The notes beneath the pieces are model-generated. The model had not been told where the DNA came from. It searched no databases and saw only the letters and a list, made by a program, of their open reading frames with translations. 64,000 nt of DNA from Candidatus Omnitrophota bacterium (lineage in GTDB: Bacteria; Omnitrophota; Omnitrophia; Omnitrophales; Aquincolibacteriaceae): positions 50,208-114,207 of the forward strand of contig JBAYGD010000005.1 of assembly GCA_041666865.1 (NCBI GenBank). Direction: 5' to 3'. Positions within the stretch are counted from its first letter, which is position 1. Each line of letters starts with the position of its first letter. The position numbers were made by a program, and so were the translations under genes. Below, piece by piece: positions 8,509 to 17,281 of the stretch.

Positions 8509-9950
8509 TCCTTTAGGTTAATCTCGTTCATGTCGAGGATGCGGTCAAAGAGCGACCCCACGTAGGAATTGCCGTTCAGCCCAAGGTCGGAGACCACCAC
8601 CTGATTGATCCGGCGCTTTTCGTCGGAGGTCATGGAGATCCTCTCCGCCCAGGTGGAATGAATGGCGTAGAAATGTCCGTCGATCTCGCCCAGATACAGC
8701 ATCATGTGTTTCGACATGCGCAAAAGCGTGATCGCCGGCACCGCCGCCCGGATGGCCGCATCCTTGCGATCGAGATCGTGGAAAGCCTCGAAGTGGTCGA
8801 TCTGGGTCCCTACATACGCCTGGGGTTTTGAATTTCGCGGCATCGCGAAGCCAAAGGTCAGAAAAACATCATGGGTAAACCCGGAGCAGTCCCAGCCGTT
8901 GTACATGCCGCCCCAGCCGTAGCGGACCCCAAGCAGTTTGAAGGCCTGCTGGATCACATGCCGCTGGGTGTAGGCAAGATAGCCGTAGGACACATCACTC
9001 TTCGTGTCGATATAGGCTTTCTCGAGATAAACGGTGCCATCGGCCTTACGATAGGGCATCCGGACAACAAAAGAGCTTTTGCCCGGAGTTCCTTCTCGAA
9101 GCTGCTGCTTGATCGCGGTGCTGGCCAGGGGAATGACCGTGCCCATGACGGGCCTCAGCTCGACCGTTTGCATCACCGGATCCGAGTAGACGGCCACCGA
9201 TTTACCCGTCACCACGAGGAAATCCTTGTCGGGACGAGCCGCCTGCCGGAGGAGCTCACGTTTGGGAAAGAAAGCGATGTCCGCGGCCTTGACCCACCCG
9301 CGGGCGTAGGGGGCATGAACGTAAAGCCACTGGCCGTCTGAAGAAGCGGCATAAACCGCCACCGGGGTCCAAAGTTTGATCAGCGTAAACTGGAGCTGAT
9401 CGAATTCCACGTCCTCAGGGGCTTCGATCATGAGCATGTCCGTCGGAAGCGCGCGCACGGAAGTCGACTGGACGGCAACCCCCCATCGGACCTCGATATG
9501 TTTTGGAATCTCCTCCCAGGGAATAATCGGCTTGAGCGTTTCGTCAAAATAAGCGGCAGGGACCCGCTGGCCGCGGCGATCGTAGAGAATCCGGTTTCGT
9601 AAGGTCTGGAATTCGAGCTCCAACTGTCGGCGAATCCCGTCCCCGGGGAACAGCTTCGGAATCTTGAAGACATCGACGGCCTCGTGGGTCCATCGATAGA
9701 TTCGCTGATTAAATTCCTGGATGGCGTTGGGAGTCAAAATGACGTTGTCGGGATCCTGGAGATGCCGGATCCAAAACTCGGGCGTCAGCATTTCCTCGGT
9801 ACAGCTCGTCAAAAGCAGCGGGCCTTTCGGCAATGGCGGCAGATCCCCCTCCGCCAGGACCGGACCGCAAACAAGCGCAAAACACAAAAAGACTCTGACG
9901 CTTAAAAACAAAAACCTTGCGGCAAATTTCATAGAAGGGATGACAGGCAT
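8505..9950 (-). CDS. secreted SH3b-domain plus NlpC/P60 (C40) cell-wall peptidase
   Basis: 481 aa with a signal peptide. C-terminal catalytic region [23 protein letters not shown]...H matches the NlpC/P60 Cys-His core. Confidence 0.8.
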   Translation of the reverse strand: MPVIPSMKFAARFLFLSVRVFLCFALVCGPVLAEGDLPPLPKGPLLLTSCTEEMLTPEFWIRHLQDPDNVILTPNAIQEFNQRIYRWTHEAVDVFKIPKLFPGDGIRRQLELEFQTLRNRILYDRRGQRVPAAYFDETLKPIIPWEEIPKHIEVRWGVAVQSTSVRALPTDMLMIEAPEDVEFDQLQFTLIKLWTPVAVYAASSDGQWLYVHAPYARGWVKAADIAFFPKRELLRQAARPDKDFLVVTGKSVAVYSDPVMQTVELRPVMGTVIPLASTAIKQQLREGTPGKSSFVVRMPYRKADGTVYLEKAYIDTKSDVSYGYLAYTQRHVIQQAFKLLGVRYGWGGMYNGWDCSGFTHDVFLTFGFAMPRNSKPQAYVGTQIDHFEAFHDLDRKDAAIRAAVPAITLLRMSKHMMLYLGEIDGHFYAIHSTWAERISMTSDEKRRINQVVVSDLGLNGNSYVGSLFDRILDMNEINLKE

Positions 9951-9991
9951 GAGGCTATTTTAACAAAAAAAGAGAGGAAGCGAAGGTGTTT

Positions 9992-10432
9992 TTATGAGCG
10001 AATCATCACCAGCATCATTTTGAACTTCGCAGGCGCCTTGACCGCATGAGGAACTTGAGCCGGCAGGATGATCATCTCTCCCTTGTGGAGCGCGTGCGGC
10101 TTCCCGGCAATTAAAATCTCGCCCCGGCCTTCCACCCCTTGAACGATGGCATCGTAAGGCGACGTGTGTTCGCTCAGGCTTTGCCCCTTGTCGAAGGCAA
10201 AAAGCGTCACCGTCCCGGCTTTTTTGGTGAGCAGGGTCCGGCTGACGATCGATGCCTCCTGATAAGCGATCATTCCTGCGGGATCGAGGATCTGCCCCGT
10301 CAATTTTTCCGTGCTCTGGCGACTGTTTTCCATGGAGAACCTCCGCGTTTTCGATCGATTTTCAGGAAAAATATCCGCGCGCCTTGAGGACTTCCTCGAT
10401 CGCTCCCAAACACTCTGCGGGAACATTGACAA
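9992..10432 (-). CDS. cupin-domain protein
   Basis: 146 aa. Cupin beta-barrel motifs ...GEILIAGKPHALHKGEMIILPAQVPHAVKA... Confidence 0.6.
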   Translation of the reverse strand: MSMFPQSVWERSRKSSRRADIFPENRSKTRRFSMENSRQSTEKLTGQILDPAGMIAYQEASIVSRTLLTKKAGTVTLFAFDKGQSLSEHTSPYDAIVQGVEGRGEILIAGKPHALHKGEMIILPAQVPHAVKAPAKFKMMLVMIRS

Positions 10433-11864
10433 GGGAGTCGAGGGCCAGGCGCCGGATCACATCGTCGGGAGTCCTGGCCATTTCCGCTTCGACGGCATGA
10501 ACGATCTGGGCCTTGAGAATGAGGGGGGCCTCGCAGACGATTTGTCCAAACTCCGGACGCCCCAGGACCCTCTGTAAAACATCCCGGTAGGCGGTGCCGT
10601 GGGCGGACATCACGGCACGCGCCGCCTCCGGCGGCACATTGAACTCCCGGGCAGAGTCTTCGGCGGTCTGCAAAAGGTTTCCGCCGCCGTGAAGGCGGAA
10701 ATGCTTCAGGCCGTAAGTCCCCCGTCTGATTTTATCGAGACAATCCACGGCCACCCTCCGGTAAGTCGTGTATTTTCCGCCAGCCACAAACCAGATGCCC
10801 GAATGCGACCGGTGGATCATATGCTTGCGCGACACTTTCGAGGGAGAACCTCCCCGGCGGATGAGCGGACGTATCCCCGCAAAAGTCGAGAGGACGGAGG
10901 ACTTTTCGAAACGGACTCCGGGGAAAACCCGGTCCGCCTCGGAAAGCAGATAATCGACGTCCTCACTTTCGGTCCTCACGTCGTCGGGGGAGCCGCTGTA
11001 GACCGTATCCGTGGTCCCGATCAGGGAATTCCCTCTCCAGGGCAGGATGAAAAACACGCGGTCGTCCTTTTTCGCGGGAATCAAAAAGCCGTGCGCCGAG
11101 ACTTTCCCGGGATACACAAGATGAATTCCCTTGGTCATCCGGATCCGCTTGGGGGCGCTGGGATTGTCCATCCTCAGCAGCTGGTTGGTCCAGGGCCCCA
11201 GGGCGCACACAACGTTCTTCGCATAAACTTCGAGGGTGTGATCGGCCAAAAGATCGACAGCCCGCACACCCACAGCACGATCATTATCCTTGATGAAGGA
11301 AATGACCTCGACATAATTGACCGCCTGGGCGCCGGCCTGAACCGCCGAGACGACATTGGCCAGGCACAGCCTGAAATCGTCCATCTGAGCGTCCCAGTAA
11401 AGCACTCCCCCGCGCAGGCCCTCGCGCCGAGCAGCCGGTGCGAGTTCCAAAACCTCGGCGGCCGTCAAATTCCGGTGTTTTTGGATGACGGCCTTACCGG
11501 CCAAACCGTCGTAACAGGACACGCCCAACTTCATCATCCACAAGGGCCGCTTGTCGCCGTGATAAACCGGAATGACGATACTCAGGGGCTTGACCAGGTG
11601 AGGCGCCGCTTCGAGCTGGAGGCGGCGCTCGTGAAGGGACTCGTAGACGAGATCCAGTTCGAGGTTCTCGAGATACCGAATGCCGCCGTGGATCAGTTTG
11701 GTAGATTTACTGGAGGTGCCGCTTGCAAAATCGCCCTTTTCCAGAAGCGCAACTTTCAGACCCCGGCGTGCGCCGATATGGGCGATCGCCGCGCCGTTGA
11801 TTCCTCCTCCGACGACGAGAAGATCGAACGGAGTCTTCGCAAGATGATCCGGATTGCGTTCCAT
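10362..11864 (-). CDS. glpD: FAD-dependent glycerol-3-phosphate dehydrogenase
   Basis: 500 aa. N-terminal FAD site FDLLVVGGGINGAAIAHIGARRGLKVALLEKGDFASGTSSKSTKLIHGGIRYLE. The 511-aa plus-strand ORF 10599..12134 is its antisense shadow. Confidence 0.85.
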   Translation of the reverse strand: MERNPDHLAKTPFDLLVVGGGINGAAIAHIGARRGLKVALLEKGDFASGTSSKSTKLIHGGIRYLENLELDLVYESLHERRLQLEAAPHLVKPLSIVIPVYHGDKRPLWMMKLGVSCYDGLAGKAVIQKHRNLTAAEVLELAPAARREGLRGGVLYWDAQMDDFRLCLANVVSAVQAGAQAVNYVEVISFIKDNDRAVGVRAVDLLADHTLEVYAKNVVCALGPWTNQLLRMDNPSAPKRIRMTKGIHLVYPGKVSAHGFLIPAKKDDRVFFILPWRGNSLIGTTDTVYSGSPDDVRTESEDVDYLLSEADRVFPGVRFEKSSVLSTFAGIRPLIRRGGSPSKVSRKHMIHRSHSGIWFVAGGKYTTYRRVAVDCLDKIRRGTYGLKHFRLHGGGNLLQTAEDSAREFNVPPEAARAVMSAHGTAYRDVLQRVLGRPEFGQIVCEAPLILKAQIVHAVEAEMARTPDDVIRRLALDSLVNVPAECLGAIEEVLKARGYFS

Positions 11865-11920
11865 CGGAAAATTATACCGCCGCTTGATCCGCCCACCAAG
11901 ATCATTATAATGCTTTTGAT

Positions 11921-12559
11921 ATGGAAACCACGTGGTGGATTGCGCCGTTTTTTGCGGGACTGTCCACAGGGCTCTATTGCCTCGGCTCCTGCTTCCCGTT
12001 CATCACGTCCTTCCTCGTCGCCGAACGCCGTAGTTTCCGGGAAAACGTCTGGCTGCTCGCGCAATTTATGGCGGGAAGACTCGCCGGTTATCTGGCTTTC
12101 GGGGCGGTTTTCGGATTTTTGGGCGCGGCCCTAGACCAGACGTGGATCCGCCTTCTCGCCGATGTCGCCATGATCGGGCTTTCCGTTCTTTTGGCCGTTT
12201 ATCTCATCCGTCTCCAGGCGCAAAAACGGCAAGCCTGCTGTCCGGCCTCCCGGCTCGGCGCCCAAAGCCCGGTCGCGATGGGGTTCTTCATGGGCATCAA
12301 TCTCTGTCCGCCGTTTCTCATCTCCCTGACTTATGTCTTTACCCTCCACAGCACTTGCCGGGGCATCGCCTATTTCCTGATTTTTTTCCTCTCGAGCTCC
12401 CTCTACTTTCTGCCGCTCGTCTTTGCGGGCGCCCTGGCCCGTCTCCGCGGCTTTCAGGCCGCGGCTCGCCTCGGCGGCTTTTTCGCGGCAGTTCTTTTTT
12501 TTGTTGTCGGGATTCTTTCCATGGCGGATAATCTGATTCGCTGGTTTCAAAAAGGCTAG
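11921..12559 (+). CDS. polytopic membrane protein with CxxxC motif (DsbD_2/CcdA-like or TauE-like)
   Basis: 212 aa with 6 predicted TM helices. LYCLGSC motif in the first helix. Ends at the TAG at 12557-12559, immediately at the left arm of the palindromic repeat. Confidence 0.4.
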   Translation: METTWWIAPFFAGLSTGLYCLGSCFPFITSFLVAERRSFRENVWLLAQFMAGRLAGYLAFGAVFGFLGAALDQTWIRLLADVAMIGLSVLLAVYLIRLQAQKRQACCPASRLGAQSPVAMGFFMGINLCPPFLISLTYVFTLHSTCRGIAYFLIFFLSSSLYFLPLVFAGALARLRGFQAAARLGGFFAAVLFFVVGILSMADNLIRWFQKG

Positions 12560-12629
12560 GGGCCATTTCCTACAGGTACAGGCCTCTTCACGACCAAAGC
12601 CAAGGCCTGTACCTGTAGGAAATGGCCCC
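12559..12629. repeat. perfect 27-bp inverted-repeat element, copy 1 (arms GGGGCCATTTCCTACAGGTACAGGCCT)
   Basis: Left arm 12559-12585, 17-nt loop (cttcacgaccaaagcca), right arm 12603-12629 is the exact reverse complement. A second copy with identical arms is at 22141-22213. Confidence 0.9.
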
Positions 12630-12768
12630 TTCGTTGCACAAAAAATTTACCTTCATCCTCCCGGGACTTTTCCTGATCGCCCTCATCGCCCCCTCTCTAT
12701 GGCTTATTTCAGGCCTTGCCCACAGCGCCGGCTGGTTCGAAGAGCAGCCGGGGACTGAACATCTCGCC

Positions 12769-13761
12769 ATGTATTACGACAAACTGCCGAACCGGATGGT
12801 CCAGTGCCGCCTGTGCCCCAACCGGTGCATGCTTGCACCCGGCCAATTCGGCACATGCAAGGCGCGGAAAAATATCGGCGGAGATTTGTATTCGATGGTC
12901 TACGGTAAAATCGCCTCGGCGCACGTCGACCCCATCGAGAAGAAACCTTTTTTTCATGTCCTCCCCGGAAGCAAGGCCTTTTCCATCGCCACGACCGGCT
13001 GCAATATGCACTGCCTTTTCTGCCAAAACTGGGAGCTTTCCCAAGCCTTCCCTCATGAAGTCCCCTCCATCCCCATGACCCCGGCCCAGGTCGTCGAAGA
13101 GGCTGCGCGCAGCGGCTCGCGTTCCATTGCCTTCACCTATAATGAGCCTGTCATCAACTACGAGTTCATGCTCGAAACGGCAAGGATCGCCCGTTCGCGG
13201 GGAATCAAAAGCATCGTCATAAGCGCGGGGTATATCAACCCGGAGCCGCTCGCCGAGCTGCTTAGGACGGTCGACGCTTACAAGGTCGACTTCAAGGCCT
13301 TCCGCGAGGAATTCTATCAAAAGCTGACCGGCGGTCATTTGGCCGATGTTCTCGAAACCATGCAACTCATCCACAAAAGCGGCGTCTGGCTCGAAGTCCT
13401 GAACCTTCTCGTTCCGGGTGAAAACGACAGCGAGGCCGAAATCCGCGAGCTTTCCCGCTGGATCCGGGAGAACCTGGGCCCGGATGTGCCCCTCCATTTT
13501 TCCCGCCATTTTCCTCAGTACAAGCTTCGCAATCTGCCGCCCACGCCGATCGAAACGGTTTTGCGTGCGCGCGCCATCGCGCGGGAGGAGGGCCTCCGGT
13601 ACGTGTACACGGGCAACGTCGCCTTCCCCGAGGGAGAAGCAACCCTTTGTCCGGGCTCGGGCCAAAAGGTCATCGAGCGGATCGCTCATGCTGTCATTTC
13701 GAACAACCTCAAGAACGGAGAGTGCGCCGATGGAGAAAAAATTCCCGGAATCTGGAATTAA
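12769..13761 (+). CDS. amrS: AmmeMemoRadiSam system radical SAM enzyme
   Basis: Family-typical N-terminus MYYDKLPNRMVQCRLCPNRCMLAPGQFGTCKARKN... and radical SAM CxxxCxxC (ATTGCNMHCLFCQNW). The listed ORF starts at 12622 inside the palindromic repeat, which is probably an artefactual extension. Confidence 0.8.
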   Translation: MYYDKLPNRMVQCRLCPNRCMLAPGQFGTCKARKNIGGDLYSMVYGKIASAHVDPIEKKPFFHVLPGSKAFSIATTGCNMHCLFCQNWELSQAFPHEVPSIPMTPAQVVEEAARSGSRSIAFTYNEPVINYEFMLETARIARSRGIKSIVISAGYINPEPLAELLRTVDAYKVDFKAFREEFYQKLTGGHLADVLETMQLIHKSGVWLEVLNLLVPGENDSEAEIRELSRWIRENLGPDVPLHFSRHFPQYKLRNLPPTPIETVLRARAIAREEGLRYVYTGNVAFPEGEATLCPGSGQKVIERIAHAVISNNLKNGECADGEKIPGIWN

Positions 13762-13891
13762 ACGCCTTTGCAAGTGGATGGAGTGCATGGCCGTAGTTGC
13801 AATCAATAAAAGACAAGCCCTGACCGCCTTGACGTGCAACTACGGCCATGCATCCGTGTGGATAGTGATTTTTCTGATTGGGGGGATTTTC

Positions 13892-14509
13892 ATGGCTCCG
13901 GCCGCATATCCGGCGACTCCCGCACCCAAACCTTCCGAAACTGCAGGCTCCGTTGACAAAGAGTTGAGTCCCGGGGAGCAAGCGGAGCTCTTGAGGATCG
14001 CACGCGGGACGGTCGAGGCTCTCGTTCGCACCGGGAAAGCTCCGACCGCAAGCTCCACTCTGCCGGCCCTCAACCAGCCGCTCGGCGCCTTCGTCACTCT
14101 GAAGATTCACGGAGAGCTCCGGGGGTGCATCGGGCGTTTCGAACCGAATCAGCCTCTGCACGAGGTCGTCCGGGAGATGGCCATCTCCGCCGCCACACAA
14201 GACCCCCGTTTCAAACCAGTCACTGCGGAGGAGCTCCCCCGGCTCGAATACGAGGTCTCGGTCCTCAGTCCCCTTCGGGCGGTCGCAAGCGCTGACGACA
14301 TCGAAGTGGGTAAGCACGGCGTCCAGATCCGGAAAGGTTTTCGGGGCGGCGTCTTTTTACCCCAGGTCGCTACCGAAAACCAATGGGACAAAGAAACGTT
14401 TTTGAGCGTGCTGTGCACGCAAAAAGCGGGGCTCGCGCCCGACTGCTGGAAGGATCCCTCGGCCCGTCTATCGGTATTTACGGCCCAGGTTTTTGATGAG
14501 AAAAAATAA
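13892..14509 (+). CDS. amrA: AmmeMemoRadiSam system protein A (AMMECR1 domain)
   Basis: AMMECR1 core ...GAFVTLKIHGELRGCIGRFEPNQPLHEVVREMAISAATQDPRFKPV...GVFLPQVATENQWDKETFLSVLC. The start is uncertain (candidates 13778 and 13892). The listed ORF start at 13418 overlaps amrS. Confidence 0.7.
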   Translation: MAPAAYPATPAPKPSETAGSVDKELSPGEQAELLRIARGTVEALVRTGKAPTASSTLPALNQPLGAFVTLKIHGELRGCIGRFEPNQPLHEVVREMAISAATQDPRFKPVTAEELPRLEYEVSVLSPLRAVASADDIEVGKHGVQIRKGFRGGVFLPQVATENQWDKETFLSVLCTQKAGLAPDCWKDPSARLSVFTAQVFDEKK

Positions 14510-16738
14510 GAGCGACGCAACCAGGTTGACGGCACACAACAAAATAAGCGTTTTCTCGATCCCGTAGAGCGGCAGGAGAAAGACGCTGACCGATAGGGCT
14601 CCGAACCCCGACCCGATAAGATCTGCCGTGTAAATACTCCCCGTCTTCTGCTGGAGGTTGCTTTCGCCCCGGAAGTAGAGTTTGTTTGCAATCGGAAACT
14701 CGAAGCCAATCAGGCCTCCGATCGCGACCGCGAGAGCCAGGTACACCGTCTGGACCATCTCCGGCGTCACAAGCAGCCGGTCGTGGCCGTAGCGGACGAG
14801 CCCAAGCCACGCCAAAAAGACCACCGCCGTCCAGAAGTGGATATAAAACAAACTCAGGGTCGAAAACTTATGGCGGCGCTGGCTACCCCAAAGGGCCCCG
14901 AGCCCCATGCCCGCCATAAAGCAGGCGATGATCCAGGCGATTTTGTAATAGAGATTGCCGTAAAAAACCTGAAAGCTGTAGATCACCAGAACTTCGGCCG
15001 CCATCAGGGAAAACCCCCCGACCGACATGGCGACGAAACAAACCGTCTTTTTCCGCCGGGGCGAGCCGAGGAAAAGGACGAGCGGCAGGGCGACGACCAA
15101 AAGGATCGAACCGAAAACCGTACGGAAGGGCACCCACCCGGCCGCGGCAAACGCGCCGGACAGCTTCGAGTAAAAAACGCTGAGCCAATAGACCAGGTTG
15201 TAGTAGGTGCCTCGCGGCTGAAAATCGTAATTCGTTTTCGCCCCGTAATTATGTTTCAGGGCCTCGCGCACCTGGGCCACCCGGTCATTGGTCATCCGGT
15301 ACTGGATGTAGGATGGCACCACAAAATAGTTTTCGATCCCGCGTGAGCGCAGCCTCTCGGTCAAGATCTCCGGGGTCACCGCCCATCCGGGCTCCGGCGA
15401 TGCGATAAAGTAGAGAGTATCCTCCGGGAGCAGCAGCACCGAAGAAAAAGACCTCTGCAAAGTGCGGCTCACGCAAGCGGCAAGGTCGTTGAGCTGGCGA
15501 GGCAAAAAGTTCGGCGAAAAATCAAGGCGAGCGGCCACGATGCCGCCGGGGCGAAGATGGGCTTTCAAGGAGGCGTAGAACTCGTCGGTATAGCAGCGGT
15601 TGAGAAGCGCCGTCGAGGGATTCGGGACATTGACCAGGATCACATCGTACGGGTCCGCGTTCTGCTTGAGAAAACGCCGGCTGTCGTCGTAAAAAATACG
15701 GACCCTCCGGTCCTCGAGAAACGAGTCGAGATAGACCGGCCCGTACTGATGGGCAAGCCGGATCAGGGTGTCATCCACTTCCAGGTAGGCGACCTGATCG
15801 GGATGATGTTTCAGGATCTCGCGCAAGGCGCCGTTGTAGCCTGTCCCGATCAAAAGGACCCTTTTGGGATTCGGGTGCGCCAGCATCGGAAAATGGACGA
15901 GGTATTCGTTGGCGACCTGCTCGTCATCGGACCCGACGAACAATCCGTTTTGGTAAAAATTATGCTGGTTCCGGGTCCTGGTCACGGTGATATTGCCGTG
16001 GACCGAATTAATTGAGGAGACCAGCGTCTGGGAAGGATACCGCAAGGCCGTGGTACGGAAATTCAGCCCGTCCGCCTTGAGAAGAAGAGTGACGCTGAAA
16101 ATCAGGGTCAGAACGATGAGGGTAAGGGCCGCGTTGCGTTTCAGGGACGGACGGGCGTACAAGAGCCCGCTCATGGCCGCCAGGTTGACAAAAGCCACCG
16201 CCGCGGCCACAAAGAACTCATTGCTGAAAACGAAAGAATAGCTGAAGAGAATCCCCCCCGCGACAAATCCCAGGGTCTCGGCAAGGTAGGAGCGGCCGAT
16301 CAGGACCCCCGATTCGATTTCATCGTGCCGGAAAATCGTGTTCCGGGTCCCGGCCACGAACTGCAGGCCGAACACCAGACACAGCGGGGCCATCACCAGG
16401 AACGACAAAATGAGAGCGGGGAGAATATTGGGCACCTGCCCCGCCGCCGTGTGGAGCACAAGGCGGCTTGCGCGCACCGCGACGAGCGTCGCGGGAAAAC
16501 TGACCGCCGTCAGGAAATGACAGGCCATGGAGGCCCGGTAAACCGTAAGAAGCTCCCTGAAAAGTTTCTCGCCGAGGAGACTTCCCACCCCCGTCCAAAG
16601 GAGCCATGAGAACAGGATCCAGCCGATGAAAAACTCGTTGCCGTAAAAACTGATCATCAGCTCACGGACCAGCACGACCTGGGAAATCAGGGAAGAAAAT
16701 CCAAGGATAAAGAAAGAAAACGCGAAGACGCGCTTCAT
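14468..16738 (-). CDS. membrane-embedded spermidine synthase-family protein (multi-TM N- and C-terminal regions flanking an aminopropyltransferase domain)
   Basis: 756 aa. SpeE-like core VLLIGTGYNGALREILKHHPDQVAYLEVDDTLIRLA...DVILVNVPNPSTALLNRCYTDEFYASLKAHLRPGGIVA between long hydrophobic regions. Confidence 0.7.
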   Translation of the reverse strand: MKRVFAFSFFILGFSSLISQVVLVRELMISFYGNEFFIGWILFSWLLWTGVGSLLGEKLFRELLTVYRASMACHFLTAVSFPATLVAVRASRLVLHTAAGQVPNILPALILSFLVMAPLCLVFGLQFVAGTRNTIFRHDEIESGVLIGRSYLAETLGFVAGGILFSYSFVFSNEFFVAAAVAFVNLAAMSGLLYARPSLKRNAALTLIVLTLIFSVTLLLKADGLNFRTTALRYPSQTLVSSINSVHGNITVTRTRNQHNFYQNGLFVGSDDEQVANEYLVHFPMLAHPNPKRVLLIGTGYNGALREILKHHPDQVAYLEVDDTLIRLAHQYGPVYLDSFLEDRRVRIFYDDSRRFLKQNADPYDVILVNVPNPSTALLNRCYTDEFYASLKAHLRPGGIVAARLDFSPNFLPRQLNDLAACVSRTLQRSFSSVLLLPEDTLYFIASPEPGWAVTPEILTERLRSRGIENYFVVPSYIQYRMTNDRVAQVREALKHNYGAKTNYDFQPRGTYYNLVYWLSVFYSKLSGAFAAAGWVPFRTVFGSILLVVALPLVLFLGSPRRKKTVCFVAMSVGGFSLMAAEVLVIYSFQVFYGNLYYKIAWIIACFMAGMGLGALWGSQRRHKFSTLSLFYIHFWTAVVFLAWLGLVRYGHDRLLVTPEMVQTVYLALAVAIGGLIGFEFPIANKLYFRGESNLQQKTGSIYTADLIGSGFGALSVSVFLLPLYGIEKTLILLCAVNLVASLLFFLIKNLGRKYR

Positions 16739-16786
16739 GTCAGCGGCACCCCTCCTCTACGTCATTGAAGTTACTTTTCGTCCGGA

Positions 16787-17281
16787 TCAGTATTTTTCCC
16801 AGTGAAGTACTTCTCCCAAACCCCGCCGGCGAATCGCCGCAGGCTCCTCGGCCGGCCATCCCGCAGAGATCAGACTCACCAGCCTGACGTCCGGCGGAAC
16901 CTGGAGCAGCCGGGCCACTTCGGAGGCGTAGGGCTTTTTGTCGCCCGCAATCCAGCAGGCGCCCAACCCGCTCGCGGCGGCCGCAATCAAAATATTCTCC
17001 GTGGCCGCGCAGCCGTCCTCGAGATAATACTTCGTTTCCCGGCAAAAAACGGCGATACAGAAAGCCGCCCCTTCAAGGAAGGCCCCGTTGGTCGCAAGAC
17101 GCCCCAACTCCTTCAAAACCTCCGTATGAGTAACGACCACAAACTCCCAGGGCTGAATAGCCCTTGCGCTGGGGGCATAGCGGGCCGCTTCCACCAGTTT
17201 TTCGATCAAATCCTTAGGAACGGCCCCCGGCGCGTATTTCCGGATGCTCCTACGTTCCTCCATGGCGCTAAAGGTGTCCAT
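16787..17281 (-). CDS. nitroreductase-family protein
   Basis: 164 aa. ...RRSIRKYAPGAVPKDLIEKLVEAARYAPSARAIQPWEFVVV... Confidence 0.75.
   Translation of the reverse strand: MDTFSAMEERRSIRKYAPGAVPKDLIEKLVEAARYAPSARAIQPWEFVVVTHTEVLKELGRLATNGAFLEGAAFCIAVFCRETKYYLEDGCAATENILIAAAASGLGACWIAGDKKPYASEVARLLQVPPDVRLVSLISAGWPAEEPAAIRRRGLGEVLHWEKY

Noticed and set aside
10599-12134. 511-aa plus-strand ORF overlapping glpD. Similar antisense ORFs are 4025..5245 + (over nfnB) and 19611..20480 + (over the Ala/Pro-rich gene).
   Set aside because: Antisense shadows. The partner-strand ORFs carry diagnostic FAD, Fe-S or signal-peptide motifs.
13418-13891. N-terminal 158 codons of ORF 13418..14509
   Set aside because: This segment overlaps the 3' end of amrS in another frame. 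The AMMECR1 homology starts far downstream, so it is treated as an ORF-caller extension.
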